From assembly GCA_048772705.1 (NCBI GenBank), contig JBLWGC010000104.1, positions 434,001 through 498,000 on the forward strand: a stretch of 64,000 bases of DNA. The letters are read 5' to 3'. This document shows, piece after piece, positions 1 through 11,373 of the stretch (positions are counted from its first letter, which is position 1; the number at the start of each line of letters is the position of its first letter). The notes below the pieces were generated by a model, which was not told the origin of the DNA, ran no database searches, and saw only the letters and a list, made by a program, of their open reading frames with translations. The DNA comes from Leidyana gryllorum EB-2025a (taxonomy: Eukaryota; Protista; Apicomplexa). A program made the translations under genes and the position numbers.

Positions 1-3000
1 TTTGTGGGACATGGCTTCGGGATTGGGTCACATGAAGATTGATCTGAGTGCCCAACAAGATATCCCTGGATCCGACATCGATGCTGCCTTTATCTCCCCT
101 CACAAGTTGATGGGTGGACCAGACACGCCGGGTATTCTGCTGGTGAAGCGGCGAATGCTTATCAATCCGGTTCCCACATCTCCTGGTGGCGGGGTGGTGC
201 GTTTTGTTAGTAAAGAACAACAACTATACAGTCTGGTAAGTCGACTCGAGAAGAGTGATTGAAGTGACGATCGTTATTGCAGAATAGTGAAGTACGTGAG
301 GAAGCGGGAACTCCGAATATTGTGGCGTGCATTCGGGCTGGTCTGGTCTTCCGCATGTGTAGTTTGATCCCGCTCGCCATGACGCTGAGTCAAGAGGCAG
401 AGTATCTCAACACGTTGTTGAAGAGCTGGGTGAAACAACCCAACATACATCTCCTGGGGCCATCGGCTGTTACCAAAATATGGGGCAAAGGCGGTGCAGA
501 ACACGTCTCCGAAGCGCTGAAAGCCACCGAAGGCAATCTTTGCCATAGGAAAGCCGTTGTTTCCTTCTTGGTCAAGTATGGCAACGGCACGAAAGACGAC
601 CCCCAGGCCGGAGACGAGACATTTGAGCAGACACAAGAGGTGCCTACAGCTGATGGTACGAAAACGATCACCACTTTCAAGTATCGGAGTCGACGAACAC
701 GGGGAGGTCTCTTTCTCCATCATAACTTTGTTTGTGCCGTGCTGAACGACGTGTTCGGAATTCAAGCTCGCCCCGGCTGTGCCTGCGCTGGTCCTTTAGC
801 GCATGAGCTTCTCGATCTTGACCAATCGTTGGTGCGACAATTCGCTGATTGCTTGGAGGAAAGCGGGGCAGAGGTCCTTCGTCCAGGTTTCACTCGTATA
901 TCTCTCCACTACAGTATGAACTGGGACGACATTGAGATCATCGACGCTGCCGTGAAATGGATATCGACCAATGGCTGGAAGCTTCTGCCTTTCTACACTT
1001 TCCACACGGACAGTGGCGAGTGGACGCAGAATGTCGTGAAGCCGTCCAAGTTTAGACAGTGGTTGAGTGTCTTGAGAACAGCTCCCAGGGGCAAAGACTG
1101 GATATTCACCACGGATAAGGAGGTCACCAATGACTCTTCTGGCGGGAGCAACACGGAGGACTCTCCTGTGACCAAAAGAGATCCCAGGAAGATCGTCGGC
1201 GCTGTGGCTCTCCCAGGCATGGGAGGGGCTATGGACGAGTTGAAAAATACTCTCGCCCAGAGGAAGAACATCTTGAAGAAGGCCGGGACCAATGCCACGG
1301 CTCCCAAGCCAGCAGCCCCCAAAAGTACACCTGGAGAGTTCCTCGGTGGAGAGGGCCTCAAGCCAAGCGACATCCTGAAACGTCGACGCAGTATGGGAAT
1401 GAAAGATGCCCCAGTTCCCGGAAACTCCACCACACCATCGAATACGGAGTTGAGGACGTCGAAAAGGGCACCAACTGTTCCCGCTTCGTTGCACGCGACC
1501 GCATTAGCTGAAGCCGTTTCCAAGAAGAACGAAGCTCCGTCTCAAGTGGTGGAGGTGCGACCGATGGCGGCAGCACCGACTGAAGAGACGGGTGTTCGAA
1601 GGTTGGCAAATGTAGCTGTGAACAAATCAGCAGCACCGGCCGCTAAACCTGGAAAGGTGGTGGAAGTTGCCAAGGCGGTGGATGTGAACAACAATAACAC
1701 GGAGACGGAAGAGGAGGACGAAGGCCACACCAGTGCGGCATTCTTGGACCCGGATGTGATCCGGATAATCACTCGTGGAGAGGACACTGTGCCCGAGGAG
1801 CTGGGTGAATACTATGTGGCCGCGAATCGGCTCATTGACGCTCTGACGTACTCCGGCTCAGATAAGAACGCATCTTCCGTCCAGTTTGAGAGACGGTTGG
1901 CCAATTTGAATAAGAGGGGGTTAACACCTCCTCTTCCGGCCGAATATGCCCATCTTCTGTGGTTTGCGTTGCCGGGGGATGCGGTGTACTCCCTCGGGCT
2001 TTTCGATCGCAGCGGGAATCGTCATGGAGGTGATGCGGTGCCGAAGGTTGTCCAGTCTCCGAGTGAAATAGGGTGGCCGATGTGGTACAACTGTTCCACT
2101 GGGAATCTCGTGATCGGAAATGAACAGCCGAAACGAGTGGTGGACAGTCTCTTCGAGGCTAAATTGTATTCTGTGGAGGGGCCCACGCCAATGTGGGATC
2201 CGTCAGACTACAAGAATGTGGTGCTACCCGAGCTGATGCCCGCTTTCGCCCAGCAAGTCCTGGACGACTACTCTCAACGACGGAGCAAAGAGAGACGGCG
2301 AGAGGGCAGCGAGAGCGGCGTCGCCCCATTGGTTGCCTCTGTAGTGGTCACACAGAGTGGCCCAGGTGGTGCGTCGTCTCTGATGAGTTCTATAGCTACT
2401 TACGATGCCCGCGTTGAGCCCACCGGCAGCGATGCCGATGGTGCGAGTGCTGTTGACGGGGCTGCAGTGCCTGAGAACGCCACAGGTTGGTGCGAAGCTT
2501 CAACGGCTGTGCGCGATACCACTACAGTGCTGTGTCCGACGACTTCGACTGCCAATATTGGAGGAAACACCACGCTGATGGGCGGTGCAGGCGCCTTGGG
2601 CGAGAGCGCGAGCCCGGTACCGACACGAGAGATGGAGAATCTAATGGTTGGCGAGAGAATATCGTCGGTTCGGTTGGACAGCGGAAGCGACTGGGGTCAA
2701 CTCGGCGGCTTCTCGGGACTGCTTCGCGGAAGCAGCCACGAGGCTCAGTCGCAACCGTTCGCCCGAGCTGTGAGTGCAAGTCAAGAGGTGGTAGACACCA
2801 CCACTCCGGACATTGGGTCACTGCCGGGTGACAATGATCTGAGTCCGATGGTGACGTTGGGCAAAGCGATGGTGATTCCGAAGGGTTTACGTCGAGCTGT
2901 TGGACGGGCAATCCAGCAGTTCAGTATGATCAAAGAGGGAGATCGAGTGTTGGTGGCACTGAGTGGAGGGAAAGATTCTTTGAGTCTTCTTCATATACTG

Positions 3001-3821
3001 CGGGTGGGCATTCTTCTGGTTTGGACAGTGGTTTTAATGTTCGGCGCTTCTTCCTCCCCAGGATTTACAAATACGGGCGCCAATTGGATTCGAGTTGGCT
3101 GCGGCCACGGTGGACCCACAGACACCCGAGTTTGACCCGAAACCGTTGGTTCCGTATATGGAGGCGCTGGGCATCCCGTACCATTTGTTGAGCTTTGGCA
3201 TTGTGGACTTGGCCAAGAAGAAGTTGGCGCCAGGGCAGTCTTTGTGTTCTTTCTGTGCCAGGATGAAACGCGGGATGTTGTACAACTGTATGCGTCAGCA
3301 CAGCTATACTGTGCTGGCCATGGGACAGCATTTGGATGACGTCTGCGAGTCGTTCTTGATGTCTGCGTTTTACAATGGGGTCCTCAACACAATGAAGGTG
3401 AGTGATGAGGGATGCGTTGTGCGGGAATAATGAGTGTCTCATCTCAGGCGCACTATGTTTGTGAAGATGAGCTGCGGATCATCCGGCCTTTGGTCTTTGC
3501 CCGGGAGAAGGATCTGGCTGTGTTTGCGTCCAAGAACAATTTGCCCGTGATAGTGGACAATTGTCCGGCTTGCTTTGCCTCTCCTACTGAGAGACTGCGA
3601 ATGAAACACCTGCTGGCTCAGCAAGAGTACGAGTTCCCCAATACGATGCCAACTTTGAGCAAGGTGAGAGCCGAGGCGGATTTAGAGATTGCGAAAACTT
3701 TTGGGTTTTTTAGGCTTTGCTCCCTCTGATCGGTCGCGATCGGGTAGACGCTGCAGCGAAACTCGAGATTACGCACACAGAGGACGCCTGCGAGGGTATG
3801 TGTCCGAGAAGCGGTCAGTGA
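1..3821 (+). CDS. Class V aminotransferase/cysteine desulfurase-like domain fused to TtcA-type PP-loop tRNA thiolase (5' end outside window)
   Basis: SPHKLMGGP (PLP lysine), EEAGTPNI and RPGCACAGP, followed by SGGKDS PP-loop, [21 protein letters not shown] and NCPAC. In-frame GT-AG introns at 236-282, 3004-3061, 3398-3447 and 3664-3713; stop TGA 3819-3821. Confidence 0.85.
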
Positions 3822-4166
3822 GTGAAGAACAGTCAGCAGCCAGCCAGCCAGCCCGATTGGAGAAAATTGATTTGTTGTTGTATCTATAACTTACTTCCTT
3901 TTGAGTTTGTACTGGCGGGTCTCTCTACAACGAAATAGTGCCAGAAACGGTTATGTCATATCGATGAGCGATGGCTGTCTCGTAAGAACACTGACACTGT
4001 CCTCAAGTGAGGATGTCGGGTAGAAACTATTGATTGGATCGGTGCGTTTTGATCGGTCCCCCCCGGGGGGGAGGAGGGAGGATCAGTGGATAGGGCACTT
4101 CAGTAGTGACAGTTAGATGGGAGCAACGACACACGCAGCAGATACGAATGACGAAGGCGAGTCTGT

Positions 4167-4840
4167 CTACTTCTTCTTCTTGTCCAACTTCTTCTTGTAG
4201 AACTCGAGCTCCTTGCCCTCCAAGAGGAAGCCATCAGCGCGACCGCATTGGCCTGGGCGGGAGGAAATGCAGGCCAGAAGACGGCCGGAAGCGAACTGCT
4301 CGGCGAGATTGACGTCGAGCTTCTGGCTGGCGGCGAGACGGGCCTTCTTGTAGGCGACGTGACGGCCTTCCTTGACCTCTTCGGTTTTGCCTTCCTCGGT
4401 CTCCTCAGCGACCTTCTTCTTGCCGAGCTCAACACCGTAGCGAGCGTGGTACCAGGCCTTGAAGGGAGTGGCATCGATCATCACGATAGTGTTCTTTACA
4501 ATCGTGTTGGTACGGACCAACTCGTTGCTGGTGGCGTTATACACAACAGCAATTATCTTTGCCTGGTGAGCGGTGTCTGGAGAGAACAATTGATTAGTTT
4601 ATGGGAGATTTGAGTGCTTCTCGACTTACGCTCAGAGCCCCAGGAGAAGTTGCCGTGGTCAACTCTCAGAGCGCGGTGTTTGATGTTACCGCCTCTGCAT
4701 CGGACAAGGTGGACACGGGAGCCTCCGAGTTTGGTGTGGGCGGCTGGACGACCGAGCTCAAATTTGCGCTTCTTCTGGTGGATAGCGCGCTTTCCACCCG
4801 TCGCACGGCGCTTGTGTCTGCTGTCACGGCAAATGCCCAT
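4167..4840 (-). CDS. RPS8: 40S ribosomal protein S8 (eS8)
   Basis: [18 protein letters not shown]... and [23 protein letters not shown]; intron 4577-4629. Confidence 0.98.
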
Positions 4841-4907
4841 CTCTCGCCACTAAAAAAAATTTAGAAAAGATCAGACGTCTGTCAGCGTTGTGTCTTTGAA
4901 GGGAGGA

Positions 4908-5309
4908 ATGCTCTCCCCCTTCCTATACGACCTCTTCACGGCAGTGAAGGATCAATATGTACAGCCCTCGGCTCTATCCAGGTAAGCAGCGGACGAAATT
5001 GGCGATGTGTATTCTGTCACATATGGCTTCAGTGAATTGGAGGAATGGCTACGAACATTCAATCCTACGATGAATACCGTCAGCAATGCTGTCGACGATG
5101 GCTTCAGACTACAAACGTCCAAGTCGGTCTCCAATAAAAGGGTGGCCCCCACAGATTCCTCTCTTTTCATGGCCACCTCGGAGGGTGCCAATGAAGAGAG
5201 GAAAAAGATTGGGTCTCGGACAAAGCGCCACAAGAGAGATAAATCAGACTTCTACGACAAAGGAGCAGCCTGGGTACCAGCTGTATTGGAAGAGCAAGCA
5301 GCGTCCTGA
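4908..5309 (+). CDS. Short RRP7-like (C-terminal domain) ribosome biogenesis protein
   Basis: ATG 4908 and intron 4982-5032 give YVQPSALSSELEEWLRTFN..VDDGFRLQ..KRHKRDKSDFY, resembling the RRP7 C-terminal DEDGF and KKK..DFY motifs. Confidence 0.55.
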
Positions 5310-5586
5310 GAGTCTATCTACTCTCTCGCTCGCGCGCTCGCTCGCTTCGCTGTCTCCTCCCTTCTTCAGCCGGCAGCTATATATACACCTATAAGTATAT
5401 CCGTTCCTCTCCATCACCACATCATCATCACTCTGATGATGTATCATTTCATCCATCACGTCCCTCTCTCTATATATACTCATACGAATCAACAACTAAT
5501 CGTGTTTGTGTGTATGTGTGTGTGTGAGTCAGTGATTCATTTCATTGCAACTGTATTTGGGCATCAACACGAACGCAAGACGACGT

Positions 5587-6753
5587 TTAACCGTTATATT
5601 GACCGTAGTCAACTGAAGACGTGGGATTCTGTTGCTCCCGATCGCCTTCTTCTTCGTGCAAGTTCCCTTCGCCTTCCATTTCCACTTCCAGAGGAGCAGG
5701 GCCTCCACCCGCATAACGGTAGGTGACGGCACCGGCAGCCAGCATCGCGACCGCTCCCGCACCTGCTGCGCCAACGATGATGGGCAAGTTGGATTTGCTC
5801 TCTGCGGTGGTGGTTGTCACCTCTTCTGAGGTGGAGGGCTCGGAGGGAGGTACCGTGGGGGGTACAGTGGGAGCGACGGTGGGAGCGACGGTGGGAAGAC
5901 CAGTGCTCTCGGTGGGTGCAACTGTAGGGAGCTCAGTGGGAATGACCTCTGGCGTGGTGGTAGTGGGAGTAGTGGTGGTGGTGGTAATGGTAGTGGTAGA
6001 CGAGACCTCTTCAATGTCACATTCGAGCTCGAGGATAGACTCCATGAGGATCTCAACCAGTCCAGTGGCATCGAGAGAGAATTCCGCCACCAGAGCTTCC
6101 TTTTCACTGTATCCAAGTCGGTTGAACAGAGCGTCTTGCCAGTAAGCCATAGCCTTCTGAACGGCCAGAACAAGCGGGTGAACGCCAGCGGTGTCCATGA
6201 TCTGTTTCACTTGAGACAGAGGCGAGTATGGAGCTCCGAGACTGCAATCAATTTCGTTGGCGAGGTTCGGGTTGGGAGCCGGTTCGGTTCCTTCGTGTTG
6301 TCTGACATCCGTAATCACGATCAGAATTCGAGTAATGTCGTCACCAGGCGTGTGCTTCGTGTACTCGGCGGCAGATCCAGAGGCATAAGCCATGGCTTCC
6401 CAGGCGTTCTCTGGGGCATCACCACCATTACACAAGCGCTCCAAACCTTGAGCCGCCTTGATGAATCCAGTTTCGTCTTCGTCCAATACTGCTTTGCCTT
6501 CGTAGCAGATATCGGCCGGAGAGGAGGCGGTCGGTTTGTCTCCGAACATCGCCAGACCCGAACGCACGACCGCGAACTCCTTTTTCAACTCCATTATGAA
6601 CTGCGGCAGCAATGTTCGACTGGTGGTCAAGAAACTGCGGAAACTGGTTGTTCCATCTTGCAAGAAGAAAACTTCGAGCGGTCGTGAACGGGTACAGTTA
6701 TGGGTCGCAGATGCCACCGCGCACAGTGCGCTCGCAATTGAAAGTAACTTCAT
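5587..6753 (-). CDS. Type I membrane protein with integrin-beta-like vWA domain, Thr/Pro stalk, TM helix and acidic tail (copy 1)
   Basis: Signal peptide; FFLQDGTTSF (MIDAS-like), GLAMFGDKP, GGDAPENAWEAM, RILIVITD; TM IIVGAAGAGAVAMLAAGAV; intronless. Confidence 0.85.
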   Translation of the reverse strand: MKLLSIASALCAVASATHNCTRSRPLEVFFLQDGTTSFRSFLTTSRTLLPQFIMELKKEFAVVRSGLAMFGDKPTASSPADICYEGKAVLDEDETGFIKAAQGLERLCNGGDAPENAWEAMAYASGSAAEYTKHTPGDDITRILIVITDVRQHEGTEPAPNPNLANEIDCSLGAPYSPLSQVKQIMDTAGVHPLVLAVQKAMAYWQDALFNRLGYSEKEALVAEFSLDATGLVEILMESILELECDIEEVSSTTTITTTTTTPTTTTPEVIPTELPTVAPTESTGLPTVAPTVAPTVPPTVPPSEPSTSEEVTTTTAESKSNLPIIVGAAGAGAVAMLAAGAVTYRYAGGGPAPLEVEMEGEGNLHEEEGDREQQNPTSSVDYGQYNG

Positions 6754-7238
6754 ATTGTTGCCACACGTCAGTGATCAAATGTGCGATTGCACATGTTACG
6801 CATGGCTTCCGTTATCATTGAGTGCTTTTTATGATACTCGCGGGAAACACGTAATTTCCTCTTGCACACTTCTCCAACTTGAGCGCACAAATTTCAGGTG
6901 CGACTCGACTGTGAACCGTTGCCTGCGGGGACCCTTTTTTCTACAAATCGAACAATCGGTCTCGACAAACTCGGCCCTATTTCTCAATAGGAGATAGTGG
7001 CACGATGCCTCACGTCAGCTTGCGCTCAGTCAGTCAGTCTGCACAGCAAACTACGGCAAAGTACCGCAAAGTACCATAACTGGGTGCAGCATCTCTTCGG
7101 AAACGTGTTTCCAATGATTCCAACACTTACATGTTAGAGTGACATTTATTAGAATTTCGAATGTGGTTCAGAGCCGATATATATATGAGAGAGTGATCGA
7201 TTCGAGTCTCATCATTCATCGAAGAAGAGTTTCGTAAT

Positions 7239-8288
7239 CTATCCACCGTAATCCATAGAGGTTGTGGGGTTCTGCATTTCCCTTTCCGCTTCTTCAGGCG
7301 GATCACCGCCTTCGCCCTCCATGTCCATATCGAGCTCAAGAGGCTGTCCAGCCCGCTTGATCATTGCGGCGGCTCCGATGGCCATAACGGCGACGGCAGC
7401 AGCACTCGCCCCCACTATGATACCCACAGGAGGTCCTGCTTCTTCCTCTTCCGCCGCAGGATGGGTAACAGTGGTGCCGGTACCAGGAGCGGTAGGTTCC
7501 ACAGTTGTTGGAGCCGTAGGGAGAGGGGCTTCAGTTGTGGACACAGCTTCTTCAATGTCACATTCGAGATCCAACACCGACTTAAGCAGAATCTCCACCA
7601 ATCCAGTTGCATCCAGAGTGAACTCCGAGACCATAGCCTCCTTTTTGCTGTACCCCAATCGGGTAAAGAGAGCTGTTTCCCACCAGGAGACCGCTTTGGG
7701 AGTTGCCAACACGAGAGGATGGATACCAGCAGCGTTCAATATCTGCTTCACTTGACTCAGAGGAGCGTAGGGCGCCTCATATCCGCAGTCGATCTCGTAG
7801 GCTAAATTGGGGTTAGGCGCGGGTTCGGTACCTTCGTGTTGATCCACATCTGTAATGACGACCATAATTCGTGTGATGCCATCGCCGGGAGTGTACGGTG
7901 TGTATTTTGCGGCAGACCCAGCTGCATAGGCCATAGCTTCCCATCCGTTCTCGGGTGCATCTCCTCCGTTGCAAAGCCTCTGCAGGTTTGCAGCAGCGTG
8001 CAAGAATTTCGCGGGGTCCTTGTTGAGATCGGCCTTCTGCTCGTAGCAAATGTCAGCGGGTGCTCGGGCGGACGGTTTGTCTCCAAACATCGCCAGACCG
8101 ATACGAATCTCGGCAAACTCTTTGGCCAATTCTTGATAGAATTGGGGTAGAAGCACTCGACTGCTGGACAAGAAGTCACGGAAACTACCCGTACCATCCT
8201 GCACAAAGAAAACCTCAATCGGCCTCGAACGACTGCAAGTTGTGGCCGATACGCCAAGTGCACATATTGCTGGAGTTAGTAACTTCAT
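7239..8288 (-). CDS. Type I membrane protein with integrin-beta-like vWA domain (copy 2, tandem paralog)
   Basis: ATG 8288 (MKLLTPAICALG); clearly paralogous to 5587-6753 (QDGTGSF, GGDAPENGWEAM, HEGTEPAPNPNLA). Confidence 0.85.
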   Translation of the reverse strand: MKLLTPAICALGVSATTCSRSRPIEVFFVQDGTGSFRDFLSSSRVLLPQFYQELAKEFAEIRIGLAMFGDKPSARAPADICYEQKADLNKDPAKFLHAAANLQRLCNGGDAPENGWEAMAYAAGSAAKYTPYTPGDGITRIMVVITDVDQHEGTEPAPNPNLAYEIDCGYEAPYAPLSQVKQILNAAGIHPLVLATPKAVSWWETALFTRLGYSKKEAMVSEFTLDATGLVEILLKSVLDLECDIEEAVSTTEAPLPTAPTTVEPTAPGTGTTVTHPAAEEEEAGPPVGIIVGASAAAVAVMAIGAAAMIKRAGQPLELDMDMEGEGGDPPEEAEREMQNPTTSMDYGG

Positions 8289-8502
8289 TGAGACAACTCC
8301 GGATTGAAATGTGTCGTGCACGACCCGTCCATGCGACACATCATGCTGGTGTCAATCCGACCAATCTCGCCCAGCTAAGGGGTTAGTACTCTCATCCTGC
8401 GTCTCCGCCCCCAAAGGGCCGTGATGCGGGGTCATACGCGCTGGACTTGAAGTGTCAGCCCCACAATGAGACCTCTTTTTTGTATTCTTACACGCTGTGT
8501 CA

Positions 8503-11335
8503 ATGAAAAGATGCCGGTGAGGTCAGATTGTGCACAAATGTCACGCTTGACGCTGCCAGTGATGATCGTGTGGTACTAATTCGTGTGCCTATCATTCCGT
8601 TGCTGTCCACCCCAGCCGAACACGTACTCTTCCGCCCGTTCGTGAACCCTCTCTCCGGAGAAGTACCCGATGCCGGGAGTCTCGTGCCCCTCGGCTACAA
8701 ACGTCGCCGCCCTTCCGGCACATTCCAGTTGTCAACCGATCAAAGTGCACATACTTCACCCCAAGTAGATGATGAGAATATCGTCGAGGACAATCCGCTC
8801 TATCTCGATATGGACAAAGAGGGCAAAGAGCAAATCAAAGTCGCCCCCCGATTGACTCGATTCCTCAGAGAACACCAAAGACAGGGCTTAGCCTTCATGT
8901 TTCGGTGTCTGAGGGGTTTGAATGAGTGGCCAGAGTGCCGCGTGATCAAATCCGAGGCAGCTCAACAAGCCCGAGGGTGCATTCTCGCTGACGATATGGG
9001 ACTTGGCAAAACTCTACAGTCCCTCGCTGCCCTCTGGACTTTCCATCGTGAGCTCAGTCGATGACGGGCGGTATATTATTGCAAATCCCAACTATAGAAT
9101 CACTTTCAGAAGCTGATAAAGGACGTAATCTGATCCTCTGCCCGGCGAGTCTGGTGGGGAACTGGTGAGGGACGGCTGACTGCTGCTGTCAGTGAACTGT
9201 CTGTCTTTCAGGGCGGCTGAGATAAAAAAGTGGCTGGGAGATCAGTGCGCCTGCTCAGCCGTTGTCGAGACCGTAAAGGCAAAGGTTCAAGATAAAATAA
9301 AGGCCTTCAAATATGATCGCCAGTCCCAAGCTTTGATCATTTCCTACGAAGGCTTCCGCGTAAACTTGGATTTAATATCGTCAATCAAATTCTCCCTAAT
9401 GATCCTCGATGAAGCACACCGTAAGACACCGGGGACTCAATATTGCCGATATTCGTCCACAGGTCTCAAAAATCAGGAAACGCAATTGGCAAAAGCCGTC
9501 TCAGAAATTGAGTGCTACCAGAGGATTCTGCTCACCGGAACTCCAATTCAGAATGATTTGGACGAGTTCTTCACGCTTGCGGCAGTAGCCAACCCAACAA
9601 TCTTTGCTGATGTCCCGGTGCTGAGATCCGAGTTTGCCGTGAGTCCTTTGTGTTGCTGCTAACCCCCACTCCACCTCGACTTCACAGAACCCAATCATTG
9701 CTGGAACGCGGCCCGACGCAACAGAAGCGCAACAGGCGCGTGCTCAGGAGAAGCTCGATCTTTTATCGAACATCACCAATAGATTCGTGTTGCGCCGAGC
9801 CAACACTCTATTAGCCAAAGTCCTCCCAGACAAAGTTATTTCGGTGAGCATCGTGAGCCCGAACCCCGGTATTTGGAGCACATCAGAATGTCTTCTGTTC
9901 CTTGTCCGACTGTCAAGCTCGAATATATCAGCACCTGACTTCGCTACTTCACGATGATCGAGATGTTCGAAAGTGTGCTCTGAGTGTGGTTCAAATGCTG
10001 TTGAAAGTCTGTGCTCATCCGTTGCTGGTACCGATGTCTAATCCGAATAAGGCCATTAAAGAGCTCTGGTTGAAAACAATTGCAAGTGCCAATTTTGATC
10101 AGCACACAGTTGATGTGCTGCAACGACCCCCTGCCCTCGCGGTGAATAGCCGCGCCCCTGACCCCGCCAATGTCAGCTCCGTACTGGAGTCAATTCGAAC
10201 CCGCCGGCTCTCCGGTGGACCAAACAATGCTGAACCCCCACCAAACGCCAGCGTCGAAGAGCTCATTAATATGTCAGGCAAATTGCTATTTGTCTTCAAA
10301 CTGTTGGAAGCGCTGTACAAGTTACGCCAGGACAAAATAGTCATTGTTAGCAACTATACACAAACTCTGGATTTAATTGAGAGTTGGTGTCGAAGTCCCT
10401 TCCGATATCCCACTGTCCGACTCGATGGAACTGTCAGTATCAGCAAACGACACTCATTGGTCACTGTAAGACGGCTCCGTTCCCGCACTTTTGTGACCAC
10501 GAATTCAGACATTCAACACAGCACCCCATGGGTTCATCTTCTTGCTGTCGTCTAAAGCGGGAGGATGTGGCATCAATCTCATCGGAGCAAATAGGCTCAT
10601 TCTCATGGACCCAGATTGGAATCCTGCCAATGACAAACAGGCTTTAGCCAGAGTCTGGCGCGATGGACAGAAGAAACGATGCTATATCTATCGATTGTTC
10701 TGTTCGGGAACAGTTGAAGAGAAGATCTTCCAACGCCAGATTGCCAAAGAGAGTATTGGATCCATGGTGGTCCATACTGCCAGTGACTCAAACGAATTGA
10801 AAGGAGTGTGAGTTCTATCAATCGTCGTCGTAAGCGACCCTCCTGATATCGAAACAGATTGGCTGATGAGATTTTGGAGGACTTGTTTGGCTTTGAGATA
10901 GAGTCAATCCCTGCATGTGAAACACATCAGGTTATCGGTTGTACGCGTTGCGATGACTGTGGTCTCTGCGACCAAGCCGACGATGAGTCGTTCGATGAAA
11001 ATGGTGGGTTCTTTTGGGCGCATAATTCGACATCGCCACCCATAGATCTCGCCACATGGAGCCACTCGCCGCATCTCGGCAATAAACTACTTATCGAGTA
11101 CGACTCTGAGCTTATGACGGAGCTACAGACAAGAATAGCGGTCATGCGACACTGGAAATGTGAAAGGCCTCCTGTTCCTTTCACAATGTGCTGCCTAGTG
11201 AAGTCGGGCCAGACGAGTGACAATGAACCGGTCACCGAAGAAACTCGGACTTCTGAGCGATCCATAAGGTGTCGGGACGTTGAAGCTTCCGACAATTCGT
11301 ATGAAGCTGAATCAGACTTCTCGGGCTCGGAATGA
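8503..11335 (+). CDS. RAD54: SNF2-family DNA repair translocase RAD54-like (multi-exon)
   Basis: [85 protein letters not shown], and C-terminal ETH..CTRC..DLATWSH Zn module. Confidence 0.92.
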
Positions 11336-11373
11336 ATTGTAGTTAGTAGCCGAGCACACGTGTGTGCTGGGCA

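Noticed and set aside
274-2911. Numerous 60-230 aa antisense or alternate-frame ORFs here and across the window
   Set aside because: Shadow ORFs of GC-rich coding sequence with no motifs.
3819-3900. Terminal TGA after a Cys-rich tail as selenocysteine
   Set aside because: No recognisable SECIS hairpin downstream and no redox-motif context.
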